Positions 9,601-20,600 of a DNA stretch of 64,000 bases are shown piece after piece. How positions within the stretch are numbered: position 1 is the first letter of the stretch; each line of letters opens with the position of its first letter. The DNA comes from Ascidiella aspersa (Eukaryota): positions 28,334,001 to 28,398,000 of the forward strand of contig OZ004607.1 of assembly GCA_963924565.1 (NCBI GenBank). Direction: 5' to 3'. A program made the position numbers and the translations under genes. The notes under the pieces are model-generated. The model saw only the letters and a program-made list of their open reading frames with translations, did not search any database and had not been told where the DNA came from.

Positions 9601-12600
9601 GTATTTAGGCAGGTTAATTTTTGAAAAACTATTTGGTAGGACGGAAATACGCAACCGGCGTGCCAGCATTTTTGGCAGGGTTTATTTCTTCTGGGCAAAT
9701 GCTGAATGGTAGACACTCACCTAACTGGCGAGTGCAAATTTTAATTTACCCCAATTCTGAGTACCCTAATAAAAAATGGCATTGGCTGCACTCGCATTGT
9801 ATTGCTACTAATACTACCACCTGGTATTGAAGGCAACATGAGCATCCCTACCAAACATGCACATATTATACCTGTTTGTCCCTAAATTTAATTTATCGCT
9901 AGGCTGCAGAAATAGATCATTTTACAGGTCCAAACTAAATTATATTGTGTACTGTTTGTTTAAGAAACAAGTTTATCTTCCTTTCTAGATTCCAGAAAAC
10001 GGTGTGTCACATTCCTTTAAAACCGCTAATGGTGTTACTCAAGTCAATATAAATTGCACAAATGGTGAAATTCCTACAGATTCAAGTGTTATACTGGTTA
10101 GTTTTGTTATACCTAAAAAAATATTTTCTAAACTTAAATGTGTGTGTTTACCATAATGGTAGAACAAATTGTCTCTCACTAAATAAAATAGTTTACTTTT
10201 TTCATTGTTTTTCATGTATGTTGAAATCACATTTGTTCTTTCAGTGGACGAATACAGCTGAAGAAGCCTTCATGGCTGTTGAACAATTTGAGATAACCAC
10301 ACTAACCAAGTTTATCTTTAGGAGAAAACACACTTGCGGTAATTGTCATCATGGCGTCATTATTTATTTAAAGTAGGACTACAGAAAATATTGAATTGAT
10401 AGGTTTGTAAGTCTCCACCATCATAATTTAAAAACAATAACAATTAAAGCCAGTCTTCTTATATGAGTGTAGCAGTTCAAAAAGTGCACCAGTAATGTGG
10501 TACCTTAGTATTTAAATTGAAGGAAACTTGTTGACTTTAATGGGCAATTAATTGAAGTAGTAGCATCCCCAGTATTTTCCTGACCTTAAAGTTCCGCATT
10601 TTTTGCGTTCAGACGTGCGAAAAAGTCGTGTGCACTGGGATGAGATCACCCACACCCCCTACATTATCACCCAGAGCAAACAACTGGAATGTCAGCACGG
10701 CAAAGACAGGAACAAGGCCAGCAACGAGAGACGAAGGCAGTCTACGCTTGCACTTAAGGTAAGCAAAATATTACACTAGTTCCATACCGGGTCATTTACA
10801 CCACGCTAAAGGTTCAGTTTCAAACGGCCTATAATGCAATAGAGCAGATAATGCCCACTTTAAAACATTGTCTCCGAAAGTTTAAAGATTTAAAATGTAA
10901 TCTAAAATTTCCCTGAAAAGTCACTGTTCGTGGGTTTTGCAACGTCAACACCAAATTAAACAGCAATTTGCTAAAATTTTAATTCATTTGTGTTAACCTT
11001 CTGCAAAATGTAAGACAAAACCCAGTTGAATGTTACACTAAAGTGACTAACCTATTTTTTTTGCAGTACGGCGACTTTTCCGAACTGCCACAAAAGAAGA
11101 AGCAAATTTCGAAAAAAATGGACTGCAAAGCGTTCATAACCATTTTTCAAGTCTGGAAGTTTCCCCAGCATCGGGTAAGGCGATTTTCGAGATGCTACTT
11201 TATACACCTCTGTTTTGTGCGTCATTGTCATTGCTGACTTTACGTGGCACTGCACTTCCTAAGGTCTAAGCTATCGCCTTTGGGTCTGCACGATGTTGCA
11301 TATAGGGACGTTCGATAATATCGGTTTGAGGCCAATATCTGATTCTAGTTTGTAGCAGTCTTTAACCTACAAAATGATTTTTTGAGACGTTGTCACGCCA
11401 ATATTAAATTATCGCGTTAGTGAAGTCATTCCAGGTAGTTTTATTTGCCTTGTGCTATAATTCGCAAACATGGGTTCGAGGCTATTTATAAATTCATTAA
11501 TTTAACAAAGACCTTTTATCAAGTTACACGCCCTTTATGTGTGGGTTACATGTCCCGACTAGACCACTGGAGTGTCCCCCAACTTGACATTTACTTACAT
11601 GGTGTGCGGGGCTTAATTTAATCGCGGCCTAGCCTAAAAATTGGCATTCAAATACTTGTCCTGATGCTGGTTTGACTTCTGCTCGCAGATTTACACGATG
11701 AGCGACTACCTCAAGACCAAAGCCAGTCGCGCCATTCGCAAGGCGCTGTCTGAAGGCGGCATCGACCTCGTTAAGGAAGATTTCTGCCAGGTTCGATTTC
11801 CCGCCAACGTCGACCACACTGGTCACGTGATCGGAGAGGTAAAATCCTTGCTCTGCTAAGTGCCAATTTCTGGTCGAGTCCTGTTAATAACATCTGTTGT
11901 TTGACTCCCAAGCAGGAATGTTGTACTTCAGATTTTAGTCCCGTATTTCTCATCCGTTTTTTGTTTGTTTCTAAACTAGATTCTTATCGAAGTGCGTTAG
12001 CACGTAAACGAAAGGTTAAAATAAAGTCGAAGGTTAAAATAAAGCCACAAAACCAAGTAAAGTAGAACTTGGGGTAAGGTACCGAAAATCCATCGCAGAC
12101 TCGCCGAATCTGTCGATCTATGATGCAAGCAGAGCAAGCCAGAAAAACAACTGGCCAGTGTGAAAAAAACTCCCCAGTGTGAAGTTGCTTGTACTAACAA
12201 AATGTGCAAGTATTGGCGCATGGTTGTTTCTCGACTCGCTCCTCTCTGAGCCTGCATAGCTCAGTTGGTAGAGCGACGGTCCCGGTTTGACCGGAGGTCG
12301 TGAGTTCGAACCTCACTGCAGGCCAGTTGTTTTTCTGGCTTGCTCTGCTTGCATCATAGATCGACAGATTCGGCGAGTCTGCGATGGCTTTTCGGTGTAC
12401 TATTGATACGGAAGCCGTAATCGTTGGTCATAAAGCAACTTCCGAGGGGCTAGATCACAGATGTTATTAAACACATATGTTTGTGTGTGTCTTTCATTGG
12501 GGTAAGGTGTAATACTTTGTATAAAAGAAACGCCGACACCGCATTCCTTTTGTATTTTCCGCATTCCTTTTTTTCTTTTTTTAGCTTATATTGTCCGAAC

Positions 12601-14731
12601 TTGTGGTAACGTTTAGATGTGGTCGGCAACCGCCGGTCCGCAACCGCCGGTCCGCGAGGAGTTTGTTACCGGTCCGTAGCAGGGTTGCCAGAATAAAATT
12701 TTGATTTAAACCCAAACCGTTCGTAAAAAGCCACAAAAAGTCAAAAACAATTAAATGTATTTTTATAGTGAAAACACAGTAACTCCCGTTTAAATATACT
12801 ACATGGTTGATTTGTATGATAAAAACAATCACAATTAGTATCAAGCACCCGTGAGGGTCAAAACAAACCGGCGTGTGTATAGCCATGTGAGTTACAGCAT
12901 GTTCACAACATCAAAAAATGCATTTTTTACTGTAAATTCAACTTATAGTAAGTACAATATCGAAAAAAGGCCATATGTAATGTTATCCTTTACTGAACAT
13001 TTGTTGTTTTTATGGACGGTCCGCGACAAAATTTTAGTTTTCAACCGATCCGCAAAGCAAAAAAGGTTGCCGACCCCTGGTTTAGATTATTCGGCCTTTT
13101 GTATTTTGGTATATAGTTTTTTAGGAAAGTCAACCATAAAAAGTTAAAGAATGCACTTTCCTAAAAAGTTCTAAATTATTGCGATACCACTATAACCAGG
13201 CGGCCGGCGTTTTACAAGCTGTCGATCCTCGAATTATCTCAAAAATCTACGAGATGGTGGGCAATGGAGTGGACAAACTTGAAGGCATCCAGACCGGTCT
13301 GCGCCAATTTGTCGTTCACGAGCTCTTCGAGGGACAGGCGCCACCCAGCGACACGAATCGTAGGTTTTTCCCGAACGCCAAAGACATCAGGAACCACTTG
13401 TACAAGGCCATTATGCGACTTGGAAAAAACCTACAGCATCGAATTGAATACGCCGAAGGTGGGACCACGAGCTATTTTTAGGGCGTGGTACGCTTTTTGT
13501 TATGTCCCAATTGTAGTTGGCCTGAATTTTATCTTTACACTGGTCGATAAATTTATTACCTTTAAAACTAAAATACAGAGCCCAAAGTAAAGATATCTAC
13601 ATTTGTATTTCACTATGAGAGCTTGTAAGCTGCTCCAAACCCGTGCTGTATACAAACCGGTTTATTTGCACAATCAGACCTTTTGCATTTTTTGTAGACA
13701 TAAGGATCAAGTTAAAAAAAGTTTTTTATTGTCATCTTTAAACTGATACACTTATTTTCATTTTTCGTTTATGTATGTCTGTAAGTCGCGTTTTTTAAAC
13801 CAAGTAATCTCCGGCGTAGTTCACACGCTCACTTTCTGGTAATGTCCGGCCTAAATATTTGTAAATCTAGTCCTAGTTTTTCTGTCAGTCATGTAAACAA
13901 GTAATTTTGTCCAAGTCAAGTCTTTAACAAATAGTAAAACGTTAACTATTAAAATTGTTCAAGTCGCCCGACTATGAGCAATAAATCATTTAAAAAATAA
14001 CCCAAAACGCAACATATAGCGTGCAAATTATTAATTAACAAGAAAAAAAGAGATAAATCACCCAATTTAAAAAAAAATGTTGAATGTAAACACTAAATTT
14101 CAATCCAATTCACTTAACTCGAGGATTAAAGTCCAAGTCAAGTCATTAGTTCAAACTACTTGAATGAGGCCAGAAAAGTCATTTAAAAACAGTGACTTCG
14201 TCATTACAACACTGTTAATCTCCCAAGTACACCTTTTTCTCATGGCTCTATGATTTTTTTCACGGGTTCTTCCTTTTTTCCATCGTTTGCACGTTCCGTT
14301 CACGCCAGGCAGTTCATTTTATAAAAAACAAAACACTCCGACATTTGTTCGAAGGCGTCGTTACCAAGATTCGTCACCAAGAGGAAGAAAGCGATGACGT
14401 CGTACAAGAGAACCTCGAAGAACAGGTGGAAGTTGTGGTGGTGGAGGGGACCGACTTCGACATCGGAGTAACGCTAGAGCACGACGGCGAGGAGCAGCCA
14501 GGGGATGAGGAAGGGGACATACACAAGATCGGAGACCTTCTTAACACGGTGCGCCACATATCCTACGGCGTTCAATCGCAACCCGCCCTGGCCCAGACCG
14601 AACGCGATCTGGCGAACATCATCGCCAATCTGTCCAACGCATCGTCCTACCAGAACGTGGAGTGCATTGATCACGGCAAACGTCTTGCTGCCATTTGCCA
14701 AGACCAACCCCCGCCCAAGCGTCCGAAGTGA
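6649..14731 (+). CDS. CARF: Calcium-responsive transcription factor (CaRF/ALS2CR8)-like protein with tandemly duplicated DNA-binding module, 13 exons, ~641 aa
   Basis: Phase-consistent GT-AG exons: 6649-6722, 7370-7514, 7857-7950, 8233-8360, 8520-8597, 8887-9051, 9989-10096, 10245-10338, 10613-10758, 11067-11174, 11689-11838, 13200-13458, 14355-14731. CaRF-like motifs: TPYIITQSKQLECQHG, KKMDCKAFITIFQVWKFPQHR, HTGH, DPRIISKIYEMVGNGV...LRQFVVHELF...RRFFPNAKDIRNHL. Exon 1 is the least certain; symbol denotes family, not proven orthology. Confidence 0.8.
9246..9823. mobile_element. Possible degenerate MITE in CaRF-like intron 6
   Basis: Weak terminal inverted similarity (CATGGTTGG / CCACCTG); repeated ACTCGC/GCGAGT motifs near both ends; CpG-richer than the surrounding intron; no TSD found. 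Confidence 0.35.
12081..12496 (+). mobile_element. tRNA-carrying insertion with 76-bp inverted repeats
   Basis: Inverted repeats 12081-12156 and 12321-12396 (1 mismatch); 12-bp direct repeat TTGGGGTAAGGT at 12069-12080 and 12497-12508 (candidate TSD). Confidence 0.75.
12250..12324 (+). ncRNA. tRNA-like Pol III unit with non-canonical anticodon arm
   Basis: Acceptor stem GCCTGCA/TGCAGGC; D arm GCTC-AGTTGGTA-GAGC (A box); T arm GTGAG-TTCGAAC-CTCAC (B box); T5 terminator at 12330-12334; anticodon arm CGGTC-CCGGTTT-GACCG lacks U33 and is shifted by one base on each side. Confidence 0.7.
12619..13079. mobile_element. hAT (Charlie/Buster-like) MITE
   Basis: Ends (ca)GTGGTCGGCAACC / GGTTGCCGACCCCTG; TSD GTTTAGAT (12611-12618, 13080-13087); related fragment in inverted orientation at ~40541-40603. 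Confidence 0.75.
13886..14214 (+). mobile_element. MITE with CAAGT/CAAGTCAAGT subterminal repeats
   Basis: CAG...CTG ends; repeated CAAGTC motifs; related copy in reverse orientation at ~23730-24152. Confidence 0.55.
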
Positions 14732-17617
14732 ATTCGCCCCTAGGTCGATGTACGGCTGTGTGTGGGCATCAACCCGTCGCGTAAGAGCGGGCCGTGGAGG
14801 TTGTTTGTGGCAGGTTCTGGAAATGCATACGGTGTCTATTGTTTAAGAACGCTCGCTTCGAACGCCGAGCGAACGTCGCATTTCGATGCCAAGTGGAAAT
14901 GACGAAAAACAAAGCGTTCACAACTTCTGCGTAAGTTTGCGGTTATCGCCATCGCGCCGAAGTTGGGAGTGCAAAATTGGTGACATCGCATCAAGCTTAA
15001 ATAATAATTGATAAACAAAATGTGAAGTTTATTTGGCTTTAAAAAGACTAAAAAAGCAATATTCGAAGTTGGAACGACACCAAAGCCGCCCTTGCTAATA
15101 AATCAAAGTTTATGTTTCTGCCGTTTGTGAAATTGGTATTCGTTTACTTCCATGCAGTGTGTCCAAAATTTGCATGACTGTAGTTGGCGACCCCAAACTA
15201 TCACCGTTGCTAATATTCCCTTATCTTTTGTAGCAGAATTAAAAGCTGTAAAACTAACACCGAGGTAATTTTGTTTGTTATGTGGCCAAACTTCGGCGTG
15301 ACATAAATTTACAGTACGTGTGGAATTTCGCAACAGCAGACCTGGGGCAAATTTGCTTTAACAATAAACTTTTCAGTTGAACGTATAGACTTTTTACGGT
15401 TTTTACTTTCCATGCGGAAATGTGCATACAAACTCGTTGAACGTTCCTTCAATGAAAAATCTCGGTACTTTATTTCTATCTCTTTACTCCTGTGTTAAAC
15501 ACGCCTATCGTTAGACCAGTGTTTTTGTTTCCTAAACTTTTTCCAGCTTGCCGCATGTCAAGAAAATTATAAACTTTCCGATACACTTCTGCGAAACAAT
15601 GTTTTTCGCCCAGGTCACGGCCATAATATTAGTTTCCAAAAGATGATGTGCATTTAAATCTCGCATACTAGTCTGCATGTCTATTTTAAACACAAATAGA
15701 TTGTTTCCCAATATTACAACAAGTTTCGCGGACAGTCGATACTTGAACATAGTTTGAGATTCACTTCGTTAGACTTTAACATTTGCATAAAACCATCTAG
15801 GAAGCACAGTAGGAAACGATTGTATTATACGAACAAAAATCATTAACGTATCAAGTTACATGACGCAGCAGAAGCAACAAGACCAAAGCTACAATCTGTT
15901 GTGAAATATGTCAGCGCATTGCATATATGCAAATTATCGTAAGTCTAGATAACTAAATGGAACGTCTACATTTTAAATACACTCATGTGGCGGCCTTGAA
16001 CAAATTGTTAAAGTAGATTAAACTGGCTGATGCAAAATGCATACATTAATAACGGATAGATGTGGCCACACAAACTTAAAACATATTAGAAAAATGAATA
16101 GCAATACAGTAGTAGAAGTTATCAGTTACGAACCTAAACCATAAAAGCGCGATTAAAACGAGTTTTGTCTGTCATAACAAGTTAAATGCGCCCAAACTCA
16201 CAGAATCATAGGTATATTTAGACAAGTGTGTTCGGGAACTGTAACTGATTCTACGTTATCCACTTTTTGCAGTGCATTGAACACGCGACTGTTAGAGAAA
16301 CAACAAAATTAGTTTTGCTGTATGTCAGATTGGTTCAAGCCAAATATACGCGTCATTCGATGAAATACGCGACATTTTAACGTTCACAGCACCAAGTTGA
16401 ACAAATCAGCAAAATACGTTAGTTAATATCAATAAAACGAAAATATGCGAGAAGGCTAACAATTGTAAACACAAACCCGACACTGATGTTTAACGCAAAA
16501 CCAAAGGTTACTAGACCTATTTTAGCCTTGGACGGTCTACTTTTGTCAGGGTAGTTTAATTTAAGAAAGTTGACGATTAGAAAATTTTCCATGCAGTATA
16601 TAGACTAGTAGAAAGTTGGAAGCACCAGCAATAAATTATGACGGTTACCTGGATTTTATATATATGTTGTTATGCAATCAAAGGAATAACAACTTAATTC
16701 ATTATTTTAGTCTTCTTGGGCTTTTTAATTATGCCATACTAAAATTTTAAAACGTTTGTACCAATGATATTTATGCGCATATAAACTTAACAAAAGTTTG
16801 AAAATGTATAAACTGTTTGAAAGAAAACTATGTGTAATGTTTTCCGTAAGTTACCAATGAGCTTAGAGTAACCCTATATGAAAAATGCCTTGTGATCTTT
16901 CTCCTTTGCCCATCTGCATTTCAATTGCGCTTCGGGCGCAGTGGTAATCAGTTATTGACGACAAGTGCTGTAAAAGCGCGTCCATTCTGACCAACGAATG
17001 ACCTGAACGGGAAATTAAACAGAAAGCACAAAATAAATGAAACTAACTACAACTTGAAACCTAATCGCGATTGCCTGAATTGACGCAACTTGGTGCACCT
17101 GGTGCTGGTAGACTGTACTGTAGACTTTAATGCAAACAAATAAAAGAAACTTAAATAAAAGGTTTTTGTTTTGAGGATGTTGCATGGAAAAGTGCTAAAT
17201 TGTGAACAAAAAAAAAAACGGAAATAATATTTCTTCGCAATCAGTTTTCCACAACACAAATGCGCTATGTCCATCTAATTACCTAACATAATGTTTTCTT
17301 AACACCCTAAGAAGAACAAAATATCAAGAAAACGAATAGGTAATAAAGTCCTTTAAAATTAAATAAAACAAGTTGAGATTCAAATCAAAAAGAAAGAGTA
17401 GTACCAACTTAACAGAAAGACAATCCTCAGAACGTTATAATTTCGCCTCGGAGCACGACACCCAAGGGAATTAAGCAGATGTTACTAATGCGTTGTAACG
17501 GTTTTTAAAATTACTTTTACCCATCCATGTTGTAATTTTCTACTCGTCGAAAAGCGCCCTTTATACCGCTGGCGACCTATAGTCTAAAGCTCCTGCATCC
17601 AGCTACAAATCTATCTA

Positions 17618-20600
17618 TCACTGATCGTGGGGAAGCACCGTTGGCAAGAGTGGGGCTGGTAGCATCTCATTAGGTGAAAGGTCATCGTCCAACGCCGACT
17701 GTCCATTGCTGTCCGCGCGTTTTCTCGGGCTTTCGCGCTTTACGGACTGGTTGCTATGGTGTTTGGAGGAAGGAGCAAAGTCCTCCATCTCTCGTTGTTC
17801 CAACGAGGAGGAGGAGGATTGTGACGTCACAGACCCACCGTCGCTGAGGAGCGGGTACTCGAAGTCGGGTATCTTTCGGCTGAGCACTTTGTCGACTTGG
17901 TTTTTGATGTGATCCGAGTGGCGTTCGATCCCTTGTCGCATCTCCATTGCCTCTTTGTAAAGACGATCCGTTCTTGGACAAGATATGTAGATTAGGCGTC
18001 TGGTTTACCAAGACGAGGGCTAACAGCTTTATGGTAAATATAAGCGACGCATTAGCGGTGCTATTTCGCATCGTTTCCATCCAATTAAAAATAAAACCAA
18101 GAAGTAGTAAATATATTTTTGTAAAAAAAAACAATAAATAGTACATTTACAGAACTTTATTTTGCTATTTTTCGACAAACGTTTACACCCTAGCACGTGT
18201 GGTCGACCTGTGTCTTGCGTTAATCTTGTATTTACGTTTTTAAAATGCACGTGTACACTGTACACTACAGTGTCTATTTCGTTTGCCTAAGCCCTAAGTT
18301 ATGAACTAATTTTTACTATCGGTTTCAAGTGAGATCGTAAAACTGTTTGTAAAATCAAGGCTACATTTTAGAAAGTTATGTGCATTGTGGAATAAATATT
18401 TTTACTACGTAAATGAAAACTATTAGCGCCTCATTTGCCTTTAAAGGATCTTAAACACATTTTATAATAATTCTATTGAAAATACTGTGGTATCGATAAG
18501 CCAAGCCCGAAAGGAAAAAAAATGTTTAAATTTTTTATGTGGCCATATAGCGCAGTATGAAACTATGTACAGTATTTGTAACTAATACGGCCCAACGTCT
18601 GTATGCTATCTTGCGCTTCGCGATTCTTTTACGTTATTGCTGTGCTGAGTTTAGTCATGCGGCAAATCAAACATTTATATGCCACTATTTTGGGAATGTT
18701 AATTCTAAAAAAAGTTTTGTAAATCTAATTCGCATTGACCCATCTACTTGAATGTATTTCGACCTAATATCAGTTCCACATTCGCCCACCAGTTAAATCG
18801 GGATCAGAAAGCATGACACATTGTGACGTGTTTTCAGAAAATTGAAATCTAGATCCACCTCTGTGTGTGAGTAAGAAACGGAGTCATTTTGTGGTGAACA
18901 AAGTAAAAAATGCGGCTCCTGGTCTGCCTGGTTGGCACCCCTTCGCTAGCCCTAGTTCTATATAAGTTATAAATGAAATACCTTAAGAGTATACATTTGC
19001 AGTAAACAAACAAAGCCGAAACGCTATAATCCGTCCTTCTAGCAATTGTGGATTACCGAAATGTTAGCAAAAAATCACCCACCATGAGTAACTAATTATT
19101 GCGTTTCGGCTATGTGACATAAGTAACTGTTTATAACTAATTAAATTTTCGCTTTTCCTATTAATATCTTAGGCAGATTGTTTATTCGAAAGGTAATTTT
19201 GGTTCTTATTCTTTTTTAAAAACATTGTTATTCACTGAAGCGTGTTATCTTTTTCAATACGATATTTAATTTTGGTTATTACACTGTATCTTATCTACCC
19301 GTAAATGCAAAAAGTCTTAACAGCACAGCTGCCTTGAAGGGCCCCCCGCTATGCCAGACAAGTTGGGGCTGCAAGTTGTTTTGCGTTCGACAGTTTGTTT
19401 ATTTGTGCTAATCCGTGTGCGTGGCAAATAACACCTAACGCAAGGTAAGTAATTTTATACATAATATATAATTTAATTGCCTGTAAGGCCTGTTTTACAC
19501 CGTGTCATCGGTTACCTTTCGTGCAGCGAAGCCAGGTCATTAAGGTTCTGGTACATCAGTTTCAAGCCGGGGCACATCTTCTTTTCCATGGGTTCGGGGT
19601 CCGCGCTCCCAGCCGGGACTTCCCCGTTCATGTAGGCGTCGAACTGGGTTTGGGTGAGCGAAAGACTCGAGGCGTTCAGACCGTTTTCGCTGTTCTCGAT
19701 GAACGAAACCGCGCAACACTGGAAACAATGCGAAAATATGTTTGTGTTCACCGTACTTGTATGGTCAAAGAAGATTTGTTTATGTTTATAAATTATCTCT
19801 GCTGGCGTTTGATGTAAAAAGCTGGATTTTCAAATTAATTGGAAACGAATTTGGATTGACGTTTTTTTACAACCATTTATTCTGACAGTCATTGCAGATT
19901 TTCATTGGCGTACCTTAAGGTATCTTTCGTGGCTTTTCAGTTACTTTTGCAAAATATATGTCAAGGAAAGGAGTGTTGTAACATATAGAGCGTACCGTTT
20001 TGAATATTATTTCAATCATAAATATGGTATATTTTGGCAAGAAATAGGCTTTTAAGTTCTCCATCCGAATGTTTTGTTGATTCAGGTAATTAAACACAGT
20101 AGCCGAAAAGAATAACTATTTAGTTTAGAAGCTAGTTCAAGTATTCCTTATGTGAACGCAAATCTTAACAAAAAAGATAAAGGTAAGTTGTACATTTCCT
20201 GGGGCAAGCAAACAACTTACAAGGTTGGTGAAATAGTATGCGTCCTCGCCGGACATAATCCGGGTCGGATTCGAAAACCTGGTGATGTAACGAATGTTGG
20301 ACTTGAGTAGAGGTGGATTTGCTTTCAGGGTGATGTATATAAGAGCAGGCAGGAAGTCATCGGCACTCGCGGCCGACCCATCACCCTTAAACAATTGGAA
20401 GCCATCTTGAATAGCGCACAGCGAATAGCATGGCTAGCAATTGGTTAAACTTTTACGCCAAAACATCAACCATAGGTCAGTTAACATGAGAAACCCCAAC
20501 GGCTAAGATCTTAAGGTTAAATATCACGAAGACTAGATCAGGGACTGTATATCACAATATATTTGAATTTGTTGGTTTTGGTAATCAATCATACAAAATT

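Noticed and set aside
12250-12324. Functional tRNA-Thr(GGT)
   Set aside because: The anticodon arm is 2 nt too long and lacks U33, and the sequence is embedded in a repeat; recorded as tRNA-like only.
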